Source: Fusobacteriota bacterium
GTDB taxonomy: Bacteria > Fusobacteriota > Fusobacteriia > JAPLKR01
Assembly: GCA_026387965.1 (NCBI GenBank)
Contig: JAPLKR010000103.1
Coordinates: forward strand, 529-64,528
Reading direction: 5' to 3'
Length of the DNA: 64,000 bases
Shown: positions 1 to 8,519 of the stretch, in pieces
Layout of the letters: each line of letters opens with the position of its first letter
Position numbering within the stretch: the first letter of the stretch is position 1
The notes under the pieces: model-generated
The model's input: the letters and a program-made list of their open reading frames with translations, nothing else
What the model was told of the DNA's origin: nothing
Database searches by the model: none
Program-made: the position numbers and the translations under genes

Positions 1-35
1 GAAAAAAGTAGCGAAATCAGTGAGAGTGTCGCTAC
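1..35 (-). terminator. Rho-independent terminator candidate at the window edge (minus strand). Stem GTAGCGA/TCGCTAC, 14-nt loop, then T6.
   Basis: Inverted repeat gtagcga...tcgctac followed by a T-run when read on the minus strand. It lies about 245 nt downstream of the stop of the 281..970 gene. Confidence 0.35.
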
Positions 36-280
36 AAAAAGAATAAAGAAATAGCTAAGAGGCGTTTGTACAAAAACAATTTTGCCTAAAAAGCCACTCA
101 GAGTAATAATGAGGGTTGAGCTACCCCCCCTTAGATATATCAAGGTAGATGAAATGAGGGTTAAAATCAACCCTATCCCGGTAGTGTAGCTTGAAAATTG
201 TATGACAGTTCGACTTTTTGGGATAAAAAGTTGTAGACAAGAGGCACCCGTTATGAATGCTATGGAGAGAATTAGCCAAA

Positions 281-970
281 TCATTTCTCGCCTCCGCTTG
301 CCCAACTCTGTTCAGTTTGCAGTATCTCTTCTTTAATTTTCACACTGTCTTTCACCTTTAAGCATTCTACAATTTTAGGATTTTGTAAAATAAGCGTGAG
401 TTTATTAAGCGTCTCTAAATGGCGTTCATAGTTTGCGCTAAAAATAAAGAATATCGTATGAAGTGGCGTCGTATCAAGTACATCAAATTCAAAGCTTTTC
501 TCTAAAAGAAGAGTGATAATCTCTTCATTTTCACAATCAACAATAACAGGATATTTAGGGTTAGAAATAGCAATTCCCTCTCCGATATCGATTAGAATAG
601 AGTCTACACGCTCAAGTATTTCTTCAAGAAGAATCTCCTTTTGAATATATTTTGGAAATTTTACACTTTCAACAAGATGTTTCACTATTTCAGAGATTGA
701 ATTCTTTTCAGTTCTAATGAATTTGCCCTTTTCCATCATCTCAGAAATAGAACGATTGGTATGAATACGCCCAAAATTAAGAACGGATTGGGAGATCTCC
801 AAATGCTTTTTAAGCTTATTTTTCAGCATCCATTCATTGATTTCTAATTCGTTAAATCGGTATTGTCCGTTGATTTTATAAGCAGGTATCTTACTATCTT
901 TAATCCAACGGTATACAGTTTTTTCTGAAACATTAAGTAGCTCCATAATATCTTTAATTTTTAGTTTCAT
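281..970 (-). CDS. N-terminal MerR/excisionase-type HTH fused to a PTS EIIA type-2 (fructose/mannitol/PtsN-like) domain. Probable regulator.
   Basis: HTH signature: MKLKIKDIMELLNVSEKTVYRWIKDSKIPAYKINGQYRF. C-terminal EIIA-2-like block: ...GIAISNPKYPVIVDCENEEIITLL.... Start moved to the internal ATG at 970, which has the RBS AAGAGGTG. The longer ORF to 1030 has no RBS. Confidence 0.55.
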   Translation of the reverse strand: MKLKIKDIMELLNVSEKTVYRWIKDSKIPAYKINGQYRFNELEINEWMLKNKLKKHLEISQSVLNFGRIHTNRSISEMMEKGKFIRTEKNSISEIVKHLVESVKFPKYIQKEILLEEILERVDSILIDIGEGIAISNPKYPVIVDCENEEIITLLLEKSFEFDVLDTTPLHTIFFIFSANYERHLETLNKLTLILQNPKIVECLKVKDSVKIKEEILQTEQSWASGGEK

Positions 971-1061
971 AAAACACCTCTTATCATAATATATCTTAAT
1001 TTTACCCATTTTACCCACAAATGTCAACAAATGTGCTTTTTTGTCCTATTATAGCTTCAAA

Positions 1062-1090
1062 AAAAAACGCCTAAGCGTTATTTTTTTGTA
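1062..1090 (-). terminator. Bidirectional hairpin terminator downstream of fhs.
   Basis: aaaaaaaaACGCctaaGCGTtattttttt: a GC stem flanked by an A-run and a T-run. Confidence 0.5.
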
Positions 1091-1161
1091 CTTTAGTTAT
1101 GTATAGAGTCGCATGCATATTCGAAGTAACTGTGCGATACTACTTGATATAAACAAAAAGT

Positions 1162-2814
1162 CTACGACAATCCACTGATGACACCGCCGTTATTTACATC
1201 CATTCCACACGCAGCGGGTGTTTTTGGTAGTCCAGGCATATCTATGATTTTTCCCATAAACACAACCACAAAGCCTGCGCCTGCTGAAAGCGAAACATCT
1301 CGAGCAGTCATCGTAAAATCTTTTGCACAGCAGTGTTCTGAGTCTACTCCCGAAAAGCTCTTTTGGCTTTTTGCAATACATATAGGAAGTTCTAAGTACC
1401 CCCACTTTTGAAAAATTTCAAGTTTTTTCAAAGCAAGTTCTGAGTACTCTACTTTTGCCGCTTTATATACATTATGCGCTATAATTTCAATTTTTGCCTT
1501 TAAATCTGAAGATTTTGCACTGTATAGAAAACTACATCGCTTCTTCATATCAGCAAGCTTAACTACTTTTTTAGCAAGATCGATACATCCGTCCCCTCCA
1601 TCCTTATATCCTGTAGAGAGTGAAAATTCTACCGAGCACTCACGTATTAATTTTTCAATAAGCATTAAATGCTCTTCAGTATCAGTCTCAAATTTGTTTA
1701 ATGCAACAACAATTGGGATGTCGAACTGCTTTAAATTCTCAATGTGCCGACGTACATTTTCAAACCCTTTTATCAAACTCTCGTGACTCATTTCACCTAA
1801 ATTATCGCTTCCATGGAAATGAATGGCCCTAAGAGTGGCTACGAGTACGACAACAGAGGGAGATATGCCCATCTGTTGACACTTAATATCAAAGAATTTC
1901 TCAGCGCCAAGATCTGAACCAAACCCAGCCTCCGTAACAGCGTAGTCACTATAAGCCATAGCCATTTTAGTGGCTAGAATAGAGTTACACCCATGGGCAA
2001 TATTGGCAAATGGTCCCCCATGAATGATGGCAGGCGTATTCTCCGTAGTCTGTACAAGATTAGGTTTTATCGCCTCTTTTAGAAGCAAAGCTACCGCTCC
2101 CGAAGCATTCAAATCATCTACATAGAGTGGTTCGCCTGACAAATTAGTTGCAAAAATGATTCTCCCTACTCGAGATTTTAGTTCAAAAAGAGATTGACTT
2201 AAACAGAGAATAGCCATAATTTCTGTAGCGACGCTGATTTGAAATTTTTCCTCTCGCTCTGGCCCGTTAAGCTTCCCGCCTTTGCCAACGCTAACATCTC
2301 TTAAGGCTCTATCATTCATATCCATACATCGTTTAAAAAATATTTGCGTTGTATCAATATTTAAGGCATTTCCTTGATGAAGGTGATTGTCAATCATCGC
2401 TGCAATAAGATTGTTTGCGCTTGAAATGGCGTGGATATCCCCAGTAAAATGTAAATTAATATCTTCCATGGGAAGTACTTGAGAGTGTCCACCCCCTGTT
2501 GCTCCCCCTTTAAGACCAAATACTGGACCAAGTGAAGGTTCCCGAAGTGCCACAATGGATTTTTTCCCTAATCTGTTAAGTCCCAAAGAGAGACCAATCG
2601 AGACTGTGGTTTTTCCCTCTCCAGTAGGGGTTGGAGTGATTGCTGTAACTAATATCAACTCCCCTATATGCGTACTCTGTTCAAGTGCAGTCAGCTCAAT
2701 TTTTGCCTTATATTTACCATAGTGTTCAAGAAACTCTTTAGAAATACCTGCTTTTCTAGCAATATCCTTTATAGTATGCATCTCGCACGCACTTGCAATT
2801 TCAATATCTGTCAT
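1162..2814 (-). CDS. fhs: Formate--tetrahydrofolate ligase (formyl-THF synthetase).
   Basis: 550 aa with FTHFS hallmarks: PTPAGEGKTT P-loop region, ...GGGHSQVLPMEDINLHFTGD.... Start set at MTDIEIASACEM (ATG at 2814). The upstream Met at 2868 looks spurious. Confidence 0.9.
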   Translation of the reverse strand: MTDIEIASACEMHTIKDIARKAGISKEFLEHYGKYKAKIELTALEQSTHIGELILVTAITPTPTGEGKTTVSIGLSLGLNRLGKKSIVALREPSLGPVFGLKGGATGGGHSQVLPMEDINLHFTGDIHAISSANNLIAAMIDNHLHQGNALNIDTTQIFFKRCMDMNDRALRDVSVGKGGKLNGPEREEKFQISVATEIMAILCLSQSLFELKSRVGRIIFATNLSGEPLYVDDLNASGAVALLLKEAIKPNLVQTTENTPAIIHGGPFANIAHGCNSILATKMAMAYSDYAVTEAGFGSDLGAEKFFDIKCQQMGISPSVVVLVATLRAIHFHGSDNLGEMSHESLIKGFENVRRHIENLKQFDIPIVVALNKFETDTEEHLMLIEKLIRECSVEFSLSTGYKDGGDGCIDLAKKVVKLADMKKRCSFLYSAKSSDLKAKIEIIAHNVYKAAKVEYSELALKKLEIFQKWGYLELPICIAKSQKSFSGVDSEHCCAKDFTMTARDVSLSAGAGFVVVFMGKIIDMPGLPKTPAACGMDVNNGGVISGLS

Positions 2815-2873
2815 GTTACCCCCAATATAATTTGAATTTATTTGAGCATATCGGCAAACACCGTGCACATCAA

Positions 2874-4133
2874 TTATTTTACTTTTATAATATCTTCTAA
2901 TCGCGTCGTATAATGTGGTGACACGCTATCGCGTGTTAAATGCTCGGATAACTCACTAACTGAACTAGCAAGTTCAATAGAGTTAGCAAATTTTTGATTA
3001 ACCTTATCGAGTGTTTTCATTAATTCCTGTTTTTTATGTTCAAGCACTTCATCTATAGGATCAAATAGAGAGTTTTGTATCACATATTTTTCTCGAATAC
3101 CTGAAAGAATAATCCCAGCTCTTTTGTACGTTAGATCTACTCTAAAAAGTTTTCTAAGAGAGTCTAATACAGAGTGCGTTATAAACAATGTATTGTTGGT
3201 AGCGTTAAATGTGATTTCTTCAGTACCAGCAAAATACATCTCTTCAAATCTATTCGTTGAAATAAAAAGTGTCGCTGTAGTAGCAAAAGAGTTTTGATTT
3301 CTAAGCTTTTCACAGACTCTTTCACAAAACTTTGACACTGCTATCTCAAGCTTTTCAATAGTTGTAATTGGTTTAGAAAAGCTTCTTGAGACCATAATTT
3401 GTTTTTTACATCCTATATCTTCGAACTTAATCACTGGCACCCCATTAAGTTCTAAAATAATTTTTTCTAAATTAACAGAAAATAAACTTTTTAAGTTTTT
3501 ATAATCAGTATTCTTAAGCTCTTTTACTGTTAAAATATGATATTTCACTAACTTTTCAAAAGTTTTCTTTCCAACCCCCCATACATCTACCGCTGAAATT
3601 TTTTCATATATTTTATCTCGGGTTGCACTGTCAAAATCATAAATATTACATAGTCCATTAAATCTTTTCGGAAACTTCTTAGCTAGATTTGCAGCCAACT
3701 TAGCTTCCGTTTTTGTCTGTGCTATCCCAATAGAAATAGGAAGTCCTATCCACATCTGAACTCTTTTAATCGCATCTTGGCACCGTATTTCGATCTCCTC
3801 AACAGAAATACCACTAAAGTTTAAGAAACACTCATCAATAGAGTATATTTCCTGTATAGGAGCAAATTCTTTTAATATCGTCATAACTCTTTTAGACATG
3901 TCTGCGTAAAGCGCATAATTGCTCGATATCGCAATAATTTTATCGTTAAATTCAGCTTTAACTTGAAAATATGGGGCGGCCATCTTTACCCCAAGTAGTT
4001 TAGCTTCGTTTGAACGAGAAACTACACACCCATCATTATTTGAGAGCACAACCACAGCTTTGAAATTAAGATGTGGACTAAAAACACGTTCACAACTTAC
4101 ATAAAAATTATTACAATCAACCAAAGCAATCAT
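2874..4133 (-). CDS. umuC: Y-family translesion DNA polymerase (UmuC/DinB family).
   Basis: N-terminus MIALVDCNNFYVSCERVF... is the classic UmuC/Pol V start. 419 aa. It overlaps the upstream S24 peptidase gene by 4 nt (ATGA coupling). Confidence 0.85.
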   Translation of the reverse strand: MIALVDCNNFYVSCERVFSPHLNFKAVVVLSNNDGCVVSRSNEAKLLGVKMAAPYFQVKAEFNDKIIAISSNYALYADMSKRVMTILKEFAPIQEIYSIDECFLNFSGISVEEIEIRCQDAIKRVQMWIGLPISIGIAQTKTEAKLAANLAKKFPKRFNGLCNIYDFDSATRDKIYEKISAVDVWGVGKKTFEKLVKYHILTVKELKNTDYKNLKSLFSVNLEKIILELNGVPVIKFEDIGCKKQIMVSRSFSKPITTIEKLEIAVSKFCERVCEKLRNQNSFATTATLFISTNRFEEMYFAGTEEITFNATNNTLFITHSVLDSLRKLFRVDLTYKRAGIILSGIREKYVIQNSLFDPIDEVLEHKKQELMKTLDKVNQKFANSIELASSVSELSEHLTRDSVSPHYTTRLEDIIKVK

Positions 4134-4564
4134 AATTTATGTACCACAAAACTAACACACCCCCAGATATAAAGTTCGTTTTCTTCTTTAATAATAATCT
4201 CGCGAAACTCATTGTTTTGAGGAATAAGTTTTAGAATCCCATTTTTTTTATAAAGTGTTTTTACTGTAAACTCTCCGTCAATTACTGCAATAACAATTTT
4301 TCCATGTATCGGTTCAATGGAACGATCAACCACAATTAAATCTCCATCGTGAATATTGGCATCTTTCATTGAATCCCCTTGAACTCTCATATAAAAAGTC
4401 GCCGTTGGATTTTTTATAACAATATTATTTAGATCTAACTTTCCTTCAATAAAATCATCAGCAGGACTTGGAAATCCAGCTGGTATTTTAACCTCTAAGA
4501 TAGGGATTAATACGGATTTTTTAATACTAGCTATAAATAGTTCTTTCTCAATTTTTTCATTCAT
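4130..4564 (-). CDS. umuD: UmuD-like S24 LexA-family peptidase: C-terminal autoproteolytic domain only, no DNA-binding domain.
   Basis: 144 aa. S24 motifs GDSM...KDANIHDGDLIVVDRS...HGKIVIAVIDGEFTVK. RBS GAGGT. Forms a umuDC-like operon with the polymerase. Confidence 0.8.
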   Translation of the reverse strand: MNEKIEKELFIASIKKSVLIPILEVKIPAGFPSPADDFIEGKLDLNNIVIKNPTATFYMRVQGDSMKDANIHDGDLIVVDRSIEPIHGKIVIAVIDGEFTVKTLYKKNGILKLIPQNNEFREIIIKEENELYIWGCVSFVVHKL

Positions 4565-4799
4565 TTTAACCTCAATCGTAAATATTATATCTATATTATA
4601 TCATAATTGAATTGTTCTTGAGAAATTTTCATTGCCTTTTATGTTAGAATCCTCATATGAATTATTAGAAGAAAACATTATGAAATGCGCAACAATCGTA
4701 TTTGTATGTATTTTGATTACAACCTTAGTACTTGTAGCTATACATGCAGTTAATTCCTTTTCAACCCCTATTTCAATATTTAGTGAGGCAAATTAATCC

Positions 4800-4828
4800 T
4801 TTACATAATTTCACAACTTGCGTATAAT
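4800..4828 (+). promoter_or_regulatory. Sigma70-type promoter for the nuclease gene: TTTACA, 17 nt, TATAAT.
   Basis: tttaca (4800-4805), 17-nt spacer, tataat (4823-4828), then RBS AAGGAG and ATG at 4855. Confidence 0.5.
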
Positions 4829-4854
4829 AGTGATATCTTACTCAAGGAGTTTAT

Positions 4855-5571
4855 ATGTTTGAAAAATTTTCAGGAATCTCTCTTAATGAGAGTGACCATA
4901 GCTACTACTACAAAGGGCATAAATTTAGAAGATCCGTTACGGAACTTATTTCTATTTATACACAAAAATTTGACAAAGAACACTGGAGTCAATTCGTATC
5001 AAAAAGAGATAAAATTTCTCAAGAAGAGGTCCTGAAAAATTGGGAAGCCCGCGCAGCTTCTTCAAGTGAAAAAGGTAGAGAGTTTCATCTATTTATGGAG
5101 GAATTATTAAATAACTTCATTAAAAATTCTGACTTTGAATCAAAGTATTCTAATAGAGAACTCAAACAAAAAGGTGAGTTCTTTTTTCAAAAAAATATTG
5201 AAAATAAAAAAATAACCCCAATATCTCTTGAACAACCCATATTTGATTTAGAACTTGATCTTGCAGGTACGGTTGATTTTTTTGGTATCAATCATAAAAG
5301 TGAGTATATTATTTTAGATTGGAAAACCAATAGAGAGATTAAACTTAAAAATACTTATGCTAAAATGCTTGCTCCTTTTGATAGTTTTGATGATTGTAGT
5401 TTTTATCACTACTCACTACAACTAAATATTTATCGATATATTATAGAAAAACATTGCAACATCACTATTCCCTACCTTTATTTTGTATGGTTTCATGAGG
5501 ATAATGAAACTTATAAAATTTTCAACTGTATTGACATGAAAACTGAACTCGATATAATTTTTAAAATTTAA
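4855..5571 (+). CDS. PD-(D/E)XK nuclease, RecB/Cas4-like fold without the Fe-S cysteines.
   Basis: Motif order D (GTVDFF) ... DWK (ILDWKT) ... QxxxY (YSLQLNIYRY), as in RecB-family nucleases. Divergent from umuDC. Confidence 0.5.
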   Translation: MFEKFSGISLNESDHSYYYKGHKFRRSVTELISIYTQKFDKEHWSQFVSKRDKISQEEVLKNWEARAASSSEKGREFHLFMEELLNNFIKNSDFESKYSNRELKQKGEFFFQKNIENKKITPISLEQPIFDLELDLAGTVDFFGINHKSEYIILDWKTNREIKLKNTYAKMLAPFDSFDDCSFYHYSLQLNIYRYIIEKHCNITIPYLYFVWFHEDNETYKIFNCIDMKTELDIIFKI

Positions 5572-5573
5572 AA

Positions 5574-5599
5574 ACCGTGCAACATGCACGGTTTTTTTT
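5574..5599 (+). terminator. Intrinsic terminator.
   Basis: ACCGTGC-aacat-GCACGGT followed by T8, directly after the stop at 5571. Confidence 0.8.
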
Positions 5600-6133
5600 A
5601 TAACTATGGATTTAATTCAAATATTTTAACATGCCTTCATATATATTAATTCAATTGGCGCATTAAGTTGAACCTGTTGCGTATAAATAATAAGGCAAAA
5701 TACCAATCGAATCCTCATACGCTGCATGAACTATCAATCATGTTCCAGTCAGAACAACCATATGAACAAAGTTGTCACTTCATGAGCCACTCATCCAAGC
5801 GCAGCTAGATGAATCTGGCGATACTAAAGTACTCCTCGCAGTATTTTCAATTGTTACTGGGGTAGCGGCAAATTGTACAGATGACACAACAACAATCGTT
5901 ACAAACTCGTTCGTATCATTAAAAATAGAGCTTATATTGTCTGAAAATACACTAGAAGTAATGAATAATAGGGTCACCCCTATTAAAGATTTTCTATTCA
6001 TCATGCAATTTTAAAAATTATATTTATCAATTAAAATTATTGCATTTTGTTTAGAAATTTTCAACCATTAAATGACCATTCTATTGACAGAAAAATATGA
6101 ACGCAACGCATATAACTTTTCCTTTGAATTTAT

Positions 6134-6826
6134 TTAATAGACATCTGCAGTCAAATCATAAACAGTGACTTTAGCCCAGCCTTCATGGGCTTGAGGATAT
6201 GCCCCCACCTTAAAATAATTCAAATATCCCCAGTAAGATATTTTTTTTTGAACACATAATTCACCATTAACCCAAATAGAAATTATATCCTTAAAAATGT
6301 TAATTTTACATGTAAATTGATTGTTATTTACATCATTTTCAAGTAATATCTTTTCACTATTTGAATTAGAAGTGGAAGATTTAATAAAAGCGTATAAACT
6401 TCCATTATTTACCGCGATTCTAAGTAAGGGCGGAGCATTCGCTAGCGTTTTTGTTTCCCCATGTATTTGCATAACGGTAATTTTTGAAGGGGTCAATTTC
6501 GAATCAACTCGAAGTGTGGCTTGAATTTCTGCACTTTCTGAAACATACCAATTACTGAGATGTCGAAGCTCACTTCTAACATAATCAGAATTGACTGTAT
6601 GTCCTGTTGAACTAGCATTAATAAAAAATGTCATCGTTTTAGGTTTTAAAGAGTAGAAATACTGTGAAGTGAAGTTTGATAAATCGGTTTGCTCTGATGG
6701 CCCTGGGTATTGTAATTTATAATTTGACAAATCAAAATACTCTGATGGATAAAGTGTACTCGCAGAGCTGAAAATAACAGCTCCCCACAGTATGAAAAAT
6801 ATAAAAAATTTTTTCTTGCTTAACAC
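6134..6826 (-). CDS. Secreted polysaccharide lyase family 7 (alginate / poly-uronate lyase-like).
   Basis: Signal peptide MLSKKKFFIFFILWGAVIFSSAS. PL7 signature blocks: RSELRHL, MQIHG, YFKVGAYPQ (consensus R-S/T-E-L-R, QIH, YFKAG-Y-Q). Confidence 0.7.
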   Translation of the reverse strand: MLSKKKFFIFFILWGAVIFSSASTLYPSEYFDLSNYKLQYPGPSEQTDLSNFTSQYFYSLKPKTMTFFINASSTGHTVNSDYVRSELRHLSNWYVSESAEIQATLRVDSKLTPSKITVMQIHGETKTLANAPPLLRIAVNNGSLYAFIKSSTSNSNSEKILLENDVNNNQFTCKINIFKDIISIWVNGELCVQKKISYWGYLNYFKVGAYPQAHEGWAKVTVYDLTADVY

Positions 6827-7260
6827 TCATTTTCAGCTAACATTTGAAAGGTTCTAAATGAATCACCAGCATAATTATCCCCTTCATAAATCTCAAGTGG
6901 CATATCATCGGGGTCTTTAAAAAAAGTGAACTGTTTACCAGTATAAGGGTCTAATCTAAGGGGTTCGACAATAACGCCCTTTGCCTTAAGTGAAAAGACA
7001 GTATTATCAATGTTATCAACTTCAAAAGCAAGATGTCTAAGTCCTGTCGATTCTGGAAAGCTTGGTCTTTTTGGAGGAACGGGAAATGAAAAAAGCTCTA
7101 TTATGTAGCCTTCCCCGAGCGCAAGATCAAGCTTATATGAATCTCTCTCTTTTCTGTAAATCTCACGAACAATTCTAAAGCCCAAAATATTTACATAAAA
7201 ATCTTTTGACCTTTTATAATTTGAACAAATAATTGCAATGTGATGCACTTTTTTAAACAT
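6820..7260 (-). CDS. VOC (glyoxalase / bleomycin-resistance / dioxygenase) family protein.
   Basis: 146 aa. MFKKVHHIAIICSNYKRSKDFYVNILGF... is a typical VOC beta-alpha-beta-beta-beta module. Confidence 0.65.
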   Translation of the reverse strand: MFKKVHHIAIICSNYKRSKDFYVNILGFRIVREIYRKERDSYKLDLALGEGYIIELFSFPVPPKRPSFPESTGLRHLAFEVDNIDNTVFSLKAKGVIVEPLRLDPYTGKQFTFFKDPDDMPLEIYEGDNYAGDSFRTFQMLAENEC

Positions 7261-7277
7261 AACATGCGACCTCCCTC

Positions 7278-8519
7278 TTATAATAATGTCGTAACAATAT
7301 ACAAAAATCCTCCAACTAATCCACCTACAATGGCTCCATTAAGTCTAATATATTGTAAATCATCATACACTTCATCTTCAATATAACGAATAAACTCCTT
7401 TTCTGACATTGAAATGATCTCACGCTTTATGAGTTGTGTTAACGTATCAATTAGTGAATATTTTTGAGCCGTATCTATGAGCAGTTCCGAAATTTCGTGG
7501 TTTATGATAGCTGAACACTCTTCATTTAATAAATTCGTTGAAATATGTTGGATCATTTTATCAATTATTTTTTCGGTTTGAGAAGCTCCTCGACTCTCTG
7601 TAGATAAAAACTCAAGAAGGCTTAAAATGAGCTGATCTATTCCTGAAATGATATGATCTCTTATATTTTTTTGAGAAAGTACTTTTTCAATAACAACATT
7701 AAAACTTACTGCATCAAAAGTGTCTTTTAATAAATTATTTTGATAAGAAAGAAGTTGGTTTTTGATTTCACATATAATATCACTACTTGAATTTTCAACT
7801 TTGTCTAATTCTTCTAAAATTTCATTTACAACATCTTGACCTTTTTTGTTTGCAAAAAATTTCAATGGCCCCCATAGATGAGACTTTACTTTATTTTCAA
7901 TATCATTTTCAAAACGTTTTCTATTTTGAATAATATAATTTTTAACAACCATTCCAAATTTCGGAATCATTATATCTATAAACCCATTACTCAGAGCTCC
8001 TTCGATTATCTTCGCAACATCTTTGGCAAAATCTCTCTTCCTAAGAAAAATGACTAGCTCTCCGACACCTTTTTCTAGAGCACTCAATTTTTTAAACTCA
8101 TCTAGATTCTGACTAATAAAAGTTATCAACTTTTCTTTAATATCTTTTTGAAATTTCACATCATTTATAAATTCTTGAATATATCTATGAAAATTTATCT
8201 CACGAATTTTTTCTTCAACAACACTACTTGGCAAAAATTTTTGTACAACAATAGAAAGTCCATTGGCAATTTCATCTTTTTTCTTAGCTAGAATATTCCC
8301 GTGAGGGACTTTAATGTTAAGGGGGTATCTAAAAAGACAGGTAACTGCATACCAATCTGCAATTGCGCCAACTAACCCCGCTTCACACACACTTATGAGT
8401 AACCTCCTCAGATCAAGACCAAATATGCCAATATTAAATCTCCAAAGTTCAAAAAAGATAAACAGTAGTAGTACTGTAAGCAGTGAGATGTTACCCTTTC
8501 TAGATCGTTTAATTTTCAC
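7278..8519 (-). CDS. DUF445 family membrane protein.
   Basis: C-terminal ...IRLNGAIVGGLVGGFLYIVTTLL is typical of DUF445. Start reassigned to GTG at 8519 (VKIKRSRKG...), which has a strong RBS AGGAGGTG and overlaps the folC stop. The ATG at 8627 lies inside folC. Confidence 0.55.
   Translation of the reverse strand: MKIKRSRKGNISLLTVLLLFIFFELWRFNIGIFGLDLRRLLISVCEAGLVGAIADWYAVTCLFRYPLNIKVPHGNILAKKKDEIANGLSIVVQKFLPSSVVEEKIREINFHRYIQEFINDVKFQKDIKEKLITFISQNLDEFKKLSALEKGVGELVIFLRKRDFAKDVAKIIEGALSNGFIDIMIPKFGMVVKNYIIQNRKRFENDIENKVKSHLWGPLKFFANKKGQDVVNEILEELDKVENSSSDIICEIKNQLLSYQNNLLKDTFDAVSFNVVIEKVLSQKNIRDHIISGIDQLILSLLEFLSTESRGASQTEKIIDKMIQHISTNLLNEECSAIINHEISELLIDTAQKYSLIDTLTQLIKREIISMSEKEFIRYIEDEVYDDLQYIRLNGAIVGGLVGGFLYIVTTLL

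Noticed and set aside
100-125. tRNA gene (gggggggtagctcaaccc on the minus strand).
   Set aside because: Only the first ~18 nt are tRNA-like. There is no D-loop continuation, anticodon arm or GTTCGAATC T-arm. It is not a complete tRNA.
1178-1411. Short ORFs on both strands inside fhs (1178..1411 +, 1190..1405 -). Similar shadow ORFs lie inside other genes: 8314..8526, 13953..14171, 16092..16352, 19775..20113, 19844..20047, 20399..20659, 27194..27385, 28715..28909, 31110..31451, 33741..34043, 42454..42924, 45770..46414, 49336..49737, 51772..52092, 54932..55255, 61724..61990 and more.
   Set aside because: Each lies entirely within a longer ORF on the other strand or frame that has clear homology. 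Their translations are low-complexity, or AT-skewed antisense artefacts.
4565-4854. LexA/SOS operator in the umuD / nuclease divergent control region.
   Set aside because: Only imperfect palindromes are present. Without the lineage-specific LexA motif I cannot call one.
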